This document shows positions 35,730-49,554 of a DNA stretch of 64,000 nt, one piece after another. The notes beneath the pieces were generated by a model. It saw only the letters and a program-made list of their open reading frames with translations. It did not search any database and was not told the origin of the DNA. The translations under genes were made by a program, and so were the position numbers. Location of the stretch: NCBI GenBank assembly GCA_964016885.1, contig OZ024740.1, forward strand, positions 244,404,001 through 244,468,000. Reading direction: 5' to 3'. This stretch comes from Eledone cirrhosa. Its lineage: Eukaryota. The number at the start of each line of letters is the position of its first letter. Position 1 is the first letter of the stretch.

Positions 35730-38700
35730 ACAGCAACAAATATATATCGTAATAACTGCGTAAACAGCAATAACACTAACCATGTTAGGGCTGCGCATGG
35801 TAGTGGGGTGGCTGGTGTGGCCATGTGCGAGAACCTCCCGACCATCGTCAAGCAATCGCACTACAGGAAAAGGAACAAAAATATTAAGACGTCACATCTC
35901 AGTGTTACCACACTTAATGTTGGCACTCACACAGGTAGATCTGGTGAAATAGCGGAGATGCTGGAGAGAAGGCATGTGGATGTTTCTGTGTGCAAGAGGT
36001 GAGATGGAGAGGTGCCTCTACGAGACTAATCGCAGGTAAACATCCTAGTTATAAGCTTTTCTGGGTAGGTAAGGATGATGGGTTAGGGGGAGTAGACATT
36101 TTCCTGGCTGAGAGATGGATCGATAAGACAATAGAGGTAGTTAGAGTTAGTAATAGAATAATTAAGCTTAGATTAGTTGTAGGCATGTGACTACTGACAA
36201 TCATCTCTGCCTATGCTCCCCAGGCAGGCCTAGGTAAAGAAGAGAAAGACTGCTTTTATGAGCAACTTTTACAAATAGCCGCAATGATAGAAGACGGAGA
36301 CATCGTTATGCTAGCAGGGTACTTCAATGGTCATGTTGGACAGCTCCAGGATGGTTACACTGGGGTACATGGTGGGCATGGTTACGGCTCAAGAAATGAA
36401 GAAAGAGTGAGACTTCTTGAATTTTGTGATGCAAGTACACTAACCATTTGCAACACTAACTTCCAGAAACCTGCCGACCACCTAATAACCTATAAATCAG
36501 GCGACCGCATAAGCCAGATAAACTTCTTACTAATTAGGCAGCGGGACAGACAGATGGTGTCAAATACCAAGGCATACCCTGGGGAAGAATGTACTCCCCA
36601 GCATAGGTTAGTCATTAGTGATATCTCAGTAAGCAAGAGACGGAATGAGACATACAGGAAGGTGTGGAGAAGAAAGGACTGGAAGCTAAAAGACCTTTCA
36701 CTAAAATACAAATTTGGAAAAGCCCTTCAAGATGTGTATGATGAAAAAGAAGACGATTTAGAGTCATATTACATAGATGATAACTGGAATTTCTTACGTG
36801 ACATCTTACTGCAGGCTACTGATGAAACTTGTGACAGAGTGACCTGGTGGTGGAACAGCAAGGTAGATAGGGCCATTAGAGACAAAAGACAAGAGAGAAG
36901 CTAGACGTCAGGTGTATTTAGCACGCAGAGAGGCTGAGAGCAAGAGGTTTGCCAATGTTCTGCGACGGGAAGATCAGAGACGTGTGGTGTTCCACATTGC
37001 AAGGCAGTGTGTCAATGTAAATCAGAATGTTGTTGGAGATAAATGTGTCCGGAATGATGCCGGTGTACTTAGTGTCACAAATGATCAGAAAAAGGAGGCC
37101 TGGAAATGTCATTATGAGAGACAGATGAATGTGGAGAACGAATGGGAGAAAGAGAAATTACCCTCAGTAGATCCGACAGAAGGACCAGCTATTGAGATTG
37201 ACGAATATAGGGTCCAAGAGGCGATTAAGGAAATGAAAAATGGTAAAGCCACTGGACTGTTGGGGATAGTTGCTGAGATCCTGAAAGCATCAAGGGACGT
37301 AGCCATTAAACTGGTTGCTATATATGGCGGTGTCATACTCAAAGACTGGTGCAGCAGTATTCTCATAAATTGCTACAAAGGTAAAAGGGATGCTCTGGAG
37401 AGGAGCAAGTTTAGGAGTATGAAACTGATGGATCAGGTTATGAAAGTAACAGAAAGGATATCAGCACGACTAATTAGAGAAAGGGTCAAACTAGATGAGA
37501 TGCAGTTTGGTTTTGTGCCTGGGAAAAGTATAACAGACGCCCTCTTCTTGGTGAGACAATTACAAGAGAGGTTCTTAGAGAAGAATAAGCCACTATACTT
37601 AGCTTTTGTTGACCAAGAGAAGGCCTCTGATAGGGTACCCCGATCTGTCATCTGGTGGTCCCTAAGGAAACTAGGTGTTGTGGAATGGCTTGTGCAAACT
37701 TTGTACAGCGGTGCTGTCAGTAAAGTGATGGTAGGAATGGAGTTTAGCAAGGAATTCCAGATACAAGTAGGAGTACATCAGGGTTCGGTCCTCAGCCCGC
37801 TCTCTTTCATTATAGCCATAACAGAGGAGTTTAAGACTGGCTGTCCATGGGAATTTCTCTATGCTGACGATATGTTTCTTATAGCAGAATCAGTAGAGGA
37901 GCTAGAGAATAAATTCTGGCTATGGAAACAGCAGTTGGAATCAAGAGGACTGAGAGTGAACCTAGCTAAGACAAAAGTGTTGATGAGTAGAAAAGAGGAC
38001 AAAACTCTGATTCTGTCAGGGAAATGGCCATGTTCGATATGCAGAAAAGGAACTGGCATAAATTCTATAAAATGCACACAATGCAGATCTAGTTGGGTAG
38101 CAGGCAAACTAACAGGTAGGGAGAAATACGTATGCAGTAGATGTACAGGGAAATTAGACAGTAGAAGTCGCATTGATAGACACTTTTTTCAAATGCAGAT
38201 GGATGCTATAGAAGAGGTTGGTAGCTTCCGGTACCTAGGAGATCAGATTAGCATGGGAGGGGGTGTTCCGAGGCCATAGTATCTAGAATAAGGACAGGTT
38301 GGAAGAAGTTTAGGCAGCTGCTTCCTCTGCTGACGAAGAAGGGTTTCTCCCTGCATACTAAAGGCCGGTTATATGATGCCTCTGTGAGGAGCGCGTTGCT
38401 GCATGGTAGTGACACATGGGCAGCAACTGCAGAAGATATGCGACAGCTGGAGAGAAATGAAGCAAGCATGCTCTGTTGGATGTGCAATGTCAATGTGCGT
38501 GAATGACCGAGCATGGATGTGTTGAGAGAGAAACTGTGTATAAGAGGGATAGATTGTAGTGTGCGAGAGGAGACTGCGATGGTATGGACATGTGATGCGC
38601 ATGGAGGATGACCGATGGGTGAAGAAGTGCCAGGACATGCCAGTTAAAGGAAGACGTGGTAGAGGTAGACCACGAAAACATGGGTGAGAGCAGACCTCAG

Positions 38701-38802
38701 ATTGCTGAAGCTCACAGTGGAGATGATGAAGGACCGTAACAAGTGGAAAGAAGCTGTGTTGAATAGCAGGGAAAAGCGGACATAAAATGATGATGATGAT
38801 GA
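35730..38802 (+). mobile_element. Near full-length RTE LINE (family A), decayed
   Basis: APE (TLNVGT, QEVRW, SAYAPQ, FNGHVG, PQHRLV), RT ORF 36912..38279 (YADD), (GAT)n tail. Confidence 0.95.
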
Positions 38803-38804
38803 CC

Positions 38805-39450
38805 AATTCTTTATTAGTATTTATGACACAAAAGCCAATGAAGGTATAAAGAGACTCTATCATGGTGGTGCTTGTATTCTTTTTCCACAAGGCTCTCACA
38901 GTCACTTACCAGATGGGTTACATTTTTCACATTCTTCCCTGCAAATATCCCAGTGAAAACTTCCCATATTATGTTTAGGCATACTATAGGGTGGTAGTTT
39001 CCCCACAGCATTCCCCTTACTTCTATCTTTCATCACAAGCCTTGTCCTCCCTGTAACCATCCAGGTGGGGACTGCACCTCTCTGGACATAATCATTCAAT
39101 TGTGTTGCTAGTCTTTCATGTATTGCATTGCATCTTTTCAACCAAAAGCCATGGATCCCATCTGGTCCAGGAGCTTTCTAGTTTGGTATCTTGGCTACTT
39201 GATCTTTCACATCAACTGTGCTTATGGTAATATTTCTTTGTATATTTCCTCCTCGCAATTCTGTATTGACAGTGTCTCACCAATTAGCATCCTTTCTATG
39301 CCTCATACTGTTTCCCCACATCCCATTTCAGAACTCCTTGACCTTATCAACATTAGGAATAGCATCATTCTCATTGTTTCCTTCCAAAATGCAAAAGAAT
39401 TGTTTTGCATTATTTTGGAACAATCTATTCTAGAACTGTTTATTTCTATT
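38805..39450 (-). mobile_element. Upstream part of the R4/Dong-like element split by the RTE
   Basis: KAPGPDGIHGFWLK...PTWMVTGRTRLVMKD...NYHPIVCL joined by a deletion to VTHLVSDC...HHDRVSLYLHWLLC. Confidence 0.8.
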
Positions 39451-40774
39451 TAAATACTTCAGGGTGGGGTGGGGTTAATAAAATAAGGGAGTGGTTAAGT
39501 ACAGGGGTTGATATAATCGACTTACCCCTTCCCCCAAATTGATGGCCTTGTGCTAATGTTATAAAGAATTATTATTATTACTTCCAATATTAATTACTAC
39601 AAAACTACTTTTGTTCTACAGACAACATAATAATACTTCTCAATTTACAAATTTACAATAATACAAGAAACAGAAAGAGGGAAAGTGAAATGGAAAACAG
39701 AGACAGGGTGTATGAAGTAGAGAGATATTTCACAGCAGCAGGAGCCAGATAATAAAGTGTCTTGCTACAGAATTACTTTAAGAAGATGGAGGAGGTGGGG
39801 TGAAGAGAAGAGGTAGAGGAGAACTCAGAATAATTAAAGTGTTGGCAGGAAATGAGCTGGAAGTTGCGGCTGCTACAGTTGTTACTCTGATTTGGGTGGT
39901 GGCTCAGAAAAATACTTTAGTCAGCAAAACAGCCAACACTATATACAGAATATTTATTTATTTATAGTTCTGTGTGAAGAATGCCATTCTCTTTAATGGA
40001 TGTGGAAGTCACACAACCATTTTCTTAGTTTTTCATAATAGAATATATAATGACACTATATTAAAGTAGGAAATATATTTCAAACTAAGGAACATGAAAA
40101 AAATATCTTAATTTTTTTCATACCAGCCTGCCTGAAACTATCCCCTGCTCCTATGGTATGATACTGTTTTGTTTTAAATTGTTTCTATTTAAATTTAAAC
40201 CTTTCATTTAATTCCATCATTATCATTGACATCAACTTATATCTGCTTTCTATACTGGCATGGACTTAATGGGTCAGAATCATCCGAATTTTCATTCTGA
40301 GTTACTGACCTCCTAGACAAGTTAAAGGACTATATCTCGCTTGATGTCTTTCATAACAACAATCACTTTACAGAGTGTACTTTATTGTGTTACCACCACT
40401 AGAGAGGTTGTCAAGTCTCCTATATGACGAAAGAGCCCTCTCTTCCTAATGTCTCTGTTCAATTACAAACCACTTTACAGAGTGTACTGAGTGCAATTCT
40501 GTAATGAATTTTGTTATGGCACAAATTTTGTTGTTATTACAACTCACACCTATATAAATTTAGCCAAACTCCAATGGGGACACATATCATAAGAGGTTTC
40601 TTGGTTGTTTTAATGGTAGGGGCCTTATTCCTATCATTATGTTACAAATACCAGCTTAAAAATAAAAAAGTTAGTTATTGTTAATTATGTTAAAATTTAA
40701 TTGGAACACATAGACAGTGTATTTCATTAGAAATTTGGTTAAAAAGGGTTAACGTATGTAAAGATATATGAAAT

Positions 40775-41570
40775 AGGCAGGTGCACTCCAGAAGTCTCTC
40801 AGTTGGAAAGACTTGTGGAATATGGTGCCTCTTAGAATCAGTCTCTCCTCAGATCTATCTATGATCTCCTATCCTCGAATATGAATTTAGTTAAGTGAGG
40901 CAAATCAGATTACCCTGAGTACCCAATCTGCCAAGGATTGACAGACAGTGGAACACGTTCTGAGCTCATGCAAAGTAGCAATAGCCCAGGGAAAATACAC
41001 ATTGAGACACAATCAGGGGCTTAAGGAGATCATTGATGTGATAAATTCGGCAAAAGTAAAACCCGTAGAATGAGAATCTCCAACAACATTCTATATGGCA
41101 GGAGGCAGCAAACATGGCCAGGAACAACTATGCCATAAATCGTTTCTTCAGAGTGTTGTAGATGATTGGGAGTGTACAGCAGACCTCCCAGATTCAGCAA
41201 ACAACCAGAAATCATCAGAAATACTGGCTTGAGGCTGGATATTGTACTCCATTCCAGTTAATTAAAACAACTGATTTTCATTGAACTTCTCATGCCATTT
41301 GAAAGTAGAAAAGAAGCACACATATTCAAGTCCGAGAAATATGCCAGTTTGGCCAATAGTCTGTGGGAAGCTGACTTCCGAGTCAAAGTTCTTGCCATAG
41401 AAGTTGGAGCCAGAGGCTTTGTGGGAAAATCTGCCTCCAATCTCATGAAACAACTTTCAGTCTCTGGAAAGATGAGGACCAAAGCTCTAAAGGCAACATA
41501 AGAGGCAGTGGAAAGGTGTTCCAGCTGGATCTGGTTGAGGAGGAACAAAAACGTCCTCAATACTGTTTGA
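40775..41570 (+). mobile_element. Hero-like (R2 group) RLE retrotransposon 3' fragment
   Basis: LRSIYDLL, TVEHVLSSC..A..QGKYT.RHNQ, TGLRLDIVL, IELLMPFE...KSEKY, IEVGARGFVG. Confidence 0.8.
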
Positions 41571-44018
41571 AGGCATCATGTCTGTATTTTAGGGCACGCT
41601 AAGGGACTCTGAGTGGGTTGTGGTTTGTAGTGTTAGCGGCAGCAGTGATTCTGTTGATGTCTCACCACTAACATGACTACCAATGTTATTTTTCCAAACT
41701 TAAGAAAGCAGCGGCAATGGAGAAGAGTTCCAGCTAGATCCTGTCAGTAAAATCTCCATATGGTTTAAATACACAACAAATCTCAAATATCCGAAAGGCT
41801 AAATGTCAGCAGAAGGGCACCTGCCTAATGCAAACGTAGAAAATGGACATTAAACGTTGATGATGATGATGTCACCAGTAAGTTTATGTATTATATACAA
41901 GCATGCAGACTTGCAGTATGTACTATGCAAACACACCCACACACACGCGCTACATAAATATTAGATCATTAATGATAAGACAGATTTAAACAATTCAGAT
42001 GAAATATCTAACATTTAAATTTAATCACATTATTTTTGCTGATACAGAAAAACCTTTCCCCTACTTGGTGTATTAACATTACCAGAGTTGTAATTTATAA
42101 TTACTTTGACAGCGTTTTACTGATTGCAACCAGCTGTTTGTGACCATGCTGGGTCACTGGCTTGGGTAGCTGAAATAATTGGTCACCCAATTTAACATCA
42201 CCACCTGGCTCTTGAGCGCCTTTAGCAGAATCCACTCTGTTGCAAGCACTTGAGTCAGCTCTCTGGTCTAAGAATAGTTTCCTTCCTTGCACTAGTCTTG
42301 GATGCTTTTGAAAGAATCATGGACACTGCTATTACTCCAGGCTAAGCTCCAGGCAAGAATTAAACTCACAACCTTCAAATTTCTCTACAGCAAAATTTGG
42401 TTGTGTGATTGACATACTGCCCACAGGGCTATCACTGTAATTTATAGATATTGTTCATACTGAAAGGAGACATTTATTCAGACTAAAATTTTAATATATT
42501 TCTTCAGCAAGTTCTCATTTCATGTTCACGGAACCTAAACAATTATTTACTACCAATTTCACTTGTCTTCACATAGTTGGCAGCATCCATTCTCATCAAA
42601 TGATCATTTCAACCAAGTTTCCCACTATTGTACTCTCTCATAAATAACACCATCTCTCCTTAATTCTTAATTTACAGTACCTATTTTAAAGAATAATCTC
42701 TTTCTACCAATCATATTTCCCTTATCTTTCTTTAGCAAAGTTTCTACAAGACAAACATCATAGAAAAATGATATCATAATAAAGAATTATGCAGCCATGT
42801 AGTTTCAGATTAAATTCCACTGTATAGCACCTTAAGCAAGTACAACTAATGCCTTCTGGGTGAAATTTAGTGGAAAGAAACAGTGCAGAAGCCTCTTATA
42901 TATATATCATCCACTTTATATTACATCCACTTTACCATGCTTGAATGGTTTGGTTGGGTCATCTCCAACACAGTTTCTTTCCACTTGTTGCATTCCTTTG
43001 TCGTCTTCTCTGCAAGGTCCACTGTTTGGAGATAGGCTATATCACTTTCTCCTAGGTTTCCCTCTTCTGCAGTTTCCTTCCTCTAGAATCATGTGTGTGT
43101 TAGTGTGTGTGTATGTGTGTGTTGGTTTGCTTGTATTTATCTTCACATAGGCACTACTTAAACAAATATATTCTGTAGCTTAGCATTTTGACAATAAGTA
43201 GCATACTTAGAAACAAAGGTTTGCATCAGGAAGGCAGGCAATGATAGAATGCTGCCTCAAAAATCATCTTATACAAACCATGCTAGCATGGAAAAATGGA
43301 CATAGTGATGATGATGATTATGATGATGGTGGTGATGGTGAGGATGGTGACAATGATGATGATGATGGTGATGATGATGAGGAGGAAGGAGGGGTTAGCT
43401 TACCTACATGTCAGAACTTACCAAATACATTGATTTCACAGAACATTGCATTTCAGATCTCTTTTTATTTCATTTTTCTTTTTTTTATATTTTAAAGGTA
43501 CAATTATTCAACACAACTTATATGAACCAATGAGGGAGCCTGAACATCAGGAATGGGGAACGTATTTTAGTATGTAGGAAACTGTACAGAAACTTGTCAT
43601 ATATGCATGTGTAAGTGTGTGCATGTATGATGTCATCACATTGACATCACTTGTTTATGTCCAGTATAATCATTATGTCTTGGAGCCAAGTGGTTTCAAC
43701 ATGCAATGACCAGTGGAATAAAGTACTGTAAACAAAGCAAAAAAAATATGTCAAGCTTGGCATCAGAAAGGGCATCTGCCCACAGAACACTACCTCAAAA
43801 AATGTTTCATCCAACCCATGCCAGCATGGAAAAAGTTAATATAAAAACAATTATGATGAAGTGAGCAATAATGATGATGATGATGAAATCAGAGGTGGTA
43901 TATATTCTGATTTTACACACTAATTACATTCATTAACAGTGTGTATCAAAATGAAGATAATATCAGGAGACAGGGAATAAAGTTAGAGAGATAGAAACTT
44001 GACACTATGAACTCATGA

Positions 44019-44101
<83 letters not shown>

Positions 44102-44111
<10 letters not shown>

Positions 44112-44291
44112 AGATCAAAAGATGGTTAAAAGAGTTCCATGTATTTTATTATGCGCATTTCAAAAACAAATATCATCAGGCAATAATATTTGTGAAAACA
44201 CAAATATTATTGCCTGATGATATTTATTTTTGAAATGCGCATAATAAAATACATGGAACTCTTTTAACCATCTTTTGATCTTATATATTAT
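44102..44291. repeat. Near-perfect hairpin (~93-bp arms, 4-nt loop) between (TA)n tracts
   Basis: 44102-44194 is the reverse complement of 44199-44291 with one mismatch seen. Confidence 0.95.
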
Positions 44292-44380
44292 GTATACTCC
44301 AGTCCTACAAATTGTAGAGTGCTTCTTATTCTTATCCGATATCTGCATTGCTTTATTGTACTACAATAAAACTCACCTCC

Positions 44381-44453
<73 letters not shown>

Positions 44454-44716
44454 TGGCTGCCAACTCATTTTCGAGTACGGCCACTACTTTATATCCATGT
44501 AGGAGAACCCCTACCGATGCGCTGAATGAGTGTGACTTTTTAGTCCAGCCAGCGACTTGAAAACTCTGGTACAAACACTACACCTGTGACAATTATTGAC
44601 ACATAGTGCTGGGCCCATGGTACCATGTGACAACAAGTGCAGAGAGATCTCCAGATATAAAGCAATGCCTGTGTCGTGAAGCTTTTATACACACACACAT
44701 ATATATGCATATATAT

Positions 44717-46257
44717 TATCATCATCATCATTTAACGTCCATTTCCCATGCTAGCATGGGTTAGACGGGTTGTCCCATTAGAGGCAAGTTGAGTCAGGTG
44801 ACCATGCCTTGCTCATATAGAACTGAATCTGGTTAGATTTCTATGGCTGGGCCAACGACATTTACAATGTGTGCTGGGTGCTTTCTGTCATGACTCCTAC
44901 AAAACCACTCTACAGTGTGGGCAGGGTGCTTTTTGTCATGACACCTACACGACCACTTTACAGTGTGGGCTGGATATATTTTGTTTACAGTGTAAAGGTG
45001 GTATGGAGAGGAGTGGGTGGGTGGGGGTATAGTGGTTAAGAGGTGCCTACTAGATGTATACTTGAGTCCGGGTGCATAGGAAGGCATGTCTTCTGTATTA
45101 CTGCATAAGGCCAAAGATCTCCATCCTGTGTCATTGTCTTTGAGAGGTTCAGTTGCACAAGGTTAGCTTTTATCACCTCAAACCAGGTCTTCCTACTCCA
45201 TAGCTTCCACCGATTTTGATCGGCCTGCACCTTTTTATACAACTGTTGTCCTTCATACATATCACATGACCATACCAATGCAATCTCCTCCCAATGGTCT
45301 CTCTAATACCTAATTTCTCTCTCAATTCATTTATGCTTTGCCGTTCATGTATATTACTATTACACATCTATTGGAACATGCATGCTTCATTTCTTTCTAA
45401 TCTTTGCAGGTCCTCTGCACACAATATCCAGGTCTCACTACCATGTAACATTGCTGTTCATATACATAGAGGCACATGGCTTAGTGGTTAGAGCATTGGC
45501 CTTGCAATCGAAAGGTTGTGAGTTCAATTCTCAGACTGGGTGATGTGTTGTTTCCTTGAGCAAGACACTTTATTTCACATTGCTCCAGTTTACTCAGCTG
45601 TAGAAATGAGATGATAGGGACTGGGGGCCCTATCATTCCACTGTAAAGTGGCTGTGGAGGTGCCACGGCAAAATAGCCCCCAGCACTCACTGTAAATGAG
45701 GTTGGTGTTAGGAAGGGCATCCAGCTGTAGAAATCAAGCCAGAATCAGTTCCCGTCCCATCCTTGCATGCAGGGAAAAGCGGACTTAAAATGATGATGAT
45801 GATGATACATGCATCATACAATCTGCCCTTCATGTTAAGGATAAAACCTTTTGTAGCTAACAACAGTAGTAGCTCTCTGAACTTTCTCTATCCCGTTCTT
45901 ACTCTGGCTACTGTACTTTCAGATCACCCTCCTCCATTGATGATTTCCTCACCCAGGTAACAGAAAGAGTTGACTGTTTCTATAGTACCGTCTGGGCATT
46001 TGAAGGGGCTAGTATCCTGTGCGCACTTGCTACTTACTGCACCTGAGCATCAGGTGCATAGCCTGCCTGTGATCCCCCTACATCTTTTACGTACCCATAG
46101 CTTACATTTGGGACATAGAAGGAATTTCTACCTACTCCTTTCCTACACACTAAGCAAGGCTATTTCCCAGATGGGATTTGGACCCTGTTTTCCTTTCTAC
46201 ATACTAGAACTTTAGTCTTTGACAAGTTAACTTTAAGACCTTTTGATTCTAGGCCAT
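44717..46257 (-). mobile_element. RTE LINE 3' portion, interrupted by a SINE
   Basis: GLESKGLKVNLSKTKV, zinc finger remnant, WYGHVICMKD, 3' UTR and tail. Confidence 0.9.
45468..45806 (+). mobile_element. SINE family 2
   Basis: A-box tggcttagtgg, B-box gagttcaattc, RTE tail. Confidence 0.9.
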
Positions 46258-46931
46258 ATATATACATATATATATATTAGTGTTCCTATATCCTCATTAG
46301 AGGTCATGTATCATGTTAGCATAGAACTGCTAGAATCATTATCAGAGCAATATGCGCTGTCACACACTTCAAAGACCAATGTATTGACTTGGGCATCTGC
46401 TGAGAAAGTGCAATAGCCCAATTGTGTAATTATCTGCTGACAACATGTAATTTTCTGAACACTACAGATTTAATATCTGTAGTTGTGAAGTATATAGCAC
46501 AGAAACAGATTCTGTCATATGCATGACATATCAGTACCAAAACACAGTCACTGCACTTGCTATTAACTAAAATGTGTGCACTCTGAACAATGGGATGCAG
46601 TTTAACTACTGCAATCTCATACATTCATTGAGTGTGTGAGTCATGGCTGGAGATCGATGAATTGGTATCAACAATGTTTGTAAAACTCGTCGTTTTACTC
46701 TCAGTTTCAACAGATTTCTCTCCTGTATAAGGTTATAGTTATCCATATTTCTTTATATTGTTTAATATGAGGTTGGCATTAGGAAGGGTATCCAGCTGTA
46801 GAAACCAAGCCAAAATCAGTTCTGTATGAGCAAGACATGGTCACCTGACCTAGCATTGCCCACAACAGGACAACTCATTTAACCCGCGCTAGCATAGAAA
46901 ATTGGATGTAAAACAGTGATGATGATGATAC

Positions 46932-46985
<54 letters not shown>

Positions 46986-47465
46986 GTAATCCCTCGTTTA
47001 TTGTGGGGGATACGTTCCAGAACCAACCGTGATAAATGAAAATCCGCGATATATAGAGACCATAAAGACAACTATTGTTTTCATAGTTTAAGCCTTAAAA
47101 TACCTCTCCTTTAAGTACATATAAACTCATTACAACACACTTTTGTATCTAAACAAAAACAGCCAGAAATGATCGTATAGAAACTACCACCAACAACTGT
47201 ACCACTAGTTACCAATGACGTCCATTACCAGCTACATTAGCCTCTTGGTAATACACTGAACATCTCCCGCCAATCTATGAAGGGTTTATAGTAGATTAGA
47301 GAAAAACACAATCAGTAAAACAGTAATGAAATGAAAAATAAAAACATTTTTTTATAGTTAAAGCCTTACGCTATACACTTCAATCACATGGAAACTTAAG
47401 TTTAACTTTTAAAGTTTAACTTTTAAATAAGTTTAACTTTTAAACACTTTATTCAGACATACCGT
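46986..47465. mobile_element. Tigger/pogo-like MITE fragment
   Basis: gtaatccctcgtttattgtgggggatacgttccagaacc resembles a Tigger-type terminus; the other end was not found. Confidence 0.45.
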
Positions 47466-47639
47466 ACTGCGATAAGAAAATATATATATATATATATACT
47501 TCATTTTTTTATTTATTTTGCAAGATTTTTTAATTTATTTTGCAAGATTTCTTATCTGAAAACGTGTGTTGAAACATATTGTTATAGTTTATATATACAT
47601 ATGCATATATTTGCACCTGTCAAAGGTGAAATCTCTGAC

Positions 47640-48115
47640 ACTATGTAGTAATACAGAAGACCCGCCTCCCCATGACCATTGGATGTAGCACACATGCAGT
47701 ATGCCCCATTTTCACCTCCACTCCACCCATTCCATACATCTCCTATCACCACTGCTGAAGCATACATCTAGTGTGCACCACTGCACCTCCACTCCCTTCC
47801 ATTCACCTCCTATGTCCTAACACTCTACCCCTCACACACTCTCAAATACCCACCTCCCCAATCTCCACACACCTCTCCCACCAAAGGCCCTAGCCCATAG
47901 TCAATAGTGGTCATGTAGGTGTCACAACAAAAAGCACCCAGCACACACTGTAAATATGGTTGGATTTAGGTAGGGCATCCAGCTGTAGAAACCAAACCAA
48001 AATCAGTTCTGTATGAGCAAGGCATGGTCACCTGACTGGCATTTCTCACAACAGGACAACTCATCTAACTCATGATAGCATGAAAAGTTGGACGTTAAAT
48101 GGTGATGAAGATGAT
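47640..48115 (+). mobile_element. RTE 3' end
   Basis: gtaatacagaagacccgc, 3' UTR repeats, (GAT) tail. Confidence 0.8.
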
Positions 48116-48208
48116 ATGCACACACACACACACACATATATATATACATATATATATATATGTATGTATATACATACATATATATATACACACACACACA
48201 CACATATA

Positions 48209-48261
<53 letters not shown>

Positions 48262-48716
48262 CATGTGTGTGTGTGTATATATATACCATACCACCCTGCA
48301 CTCAGTGTTCATAATAATGTTCTCGGCATCATAATTCTCCTTCAATTATCAAAGATGTTACTTTCAATGCTGCCAATTCTATTTATCTATTTCCTTTAAC
48401 ATAGAATGTCATTTGCTGTTTATTGATTTTGGTATTAATTCCTATGGATACCAACATGTGGAAGTGAATTGACCCATTCCTCATGATGAGTCTGTTTCAA
48501 GTCAAAAATATTCCTTCACTTGCAAAGGAAAGAAATGTTTTAATATATTTCCAGCCTTCAGTAGAATTAAACAGGAGAAAGTAACATTTTCTTTGCACAG
48601 ACACACATGCACACACACACACACACATACTCACAAGCACACAAACTCACATAAACAAATGCATATGCATGAATAGAACACAAATATATATGTATGTGTG
48701 TGTATATATATATGTA

Positions 48717-48779
<63 letters not shown>

Positions 48780-48950
48780 TCATCATCATCATCATCATTT
48801 TACGCCCGCTTTTCCCTGCTTGCAAGGGTTGGACGGGTCCTATTCAGCACAGCATCTCTCCACCTGTCACGGTCCTTCGTCATCTCCTCTGCACACATAT
48901 ATATATATGCAAATTTATATAAATAAATATGTATTTAAATATATATATAT

Positions 48951-49552
48951 ATAATCTTCTTGTATTTTAAAATCCCATAATTCTTCTCTGATTACTGTTA
49001 TATGCTTGTTCAATTATGCCCAAAATTTGAGGATTTTATTTAAAACTTCTCGATATTTTATAACCTTCTCGTTCGTTTCCTAAAATAACCGTGTCGTTTG
49101 TTTAATTATGGCCGAAATTCTAGGATTTTATAAAATAGCCTTTCTGCTCCCTCCTAATCTTTACCCCCCCCCCCTATATATCGTATACGCACCTGCTAGT
49201 TCCCTCTCTCAATCCCTTCCTTCTCTCACCAAATATAAAATAAACCTGTTGCGAGGTACGAAACTCAGAATTTGTCAATCCCTTATTAATGGCTAGACTG
49301 CTCGCTCCTCTGTGAAATGTAATGTACAATGCCATTTTTTTTCTCTTCTCTCCATCTTCCCCCGGTCCATTCATCTATCGGTATCATCGTCCAGAATCCA
49401 ATCTTTGCTCTCTTTCAATGCTATTCTATAATTCTGTCTGATTGTTCAAAATAATCTTCTTGTATTTTAAAATCCCATAATTCTTCTCTTATTACTGTTA
49501 TATGCTTGTTCAATTATGCCCAAAATTCGAGGATTTTATTTAAACCTTCTCG
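48951..49552. repeat. ~100-bp direct repeat 500 bp apart
   Basis: ataatcttcttgtattttaaaatccc...cttctcg at 48951 and 49451. Confidence 0.85.
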
Positions 49553-49554
49553 CT

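Noticed and set aside
42101-42360. GC-richer unique segment with a 63-aa ORF as a host exon
   Set aside because: No recognisable domain and no consistent open frame between plausible splice sites on either strand
48003-48954. YIYI/CVCV/HTHT-rich ORFs here and elsewhere, and ORFs antisense to RTE copies
   Set aside because: Translations of (TA)n/(CA)n microsatellites or shadow frames of LINE coding sequence
49240-49315. Minus-strand cagagga-gcgag...ctcgc-aaca hammerhead candidate
   Set aside because: Both core boxes are mutated and stem I is missing
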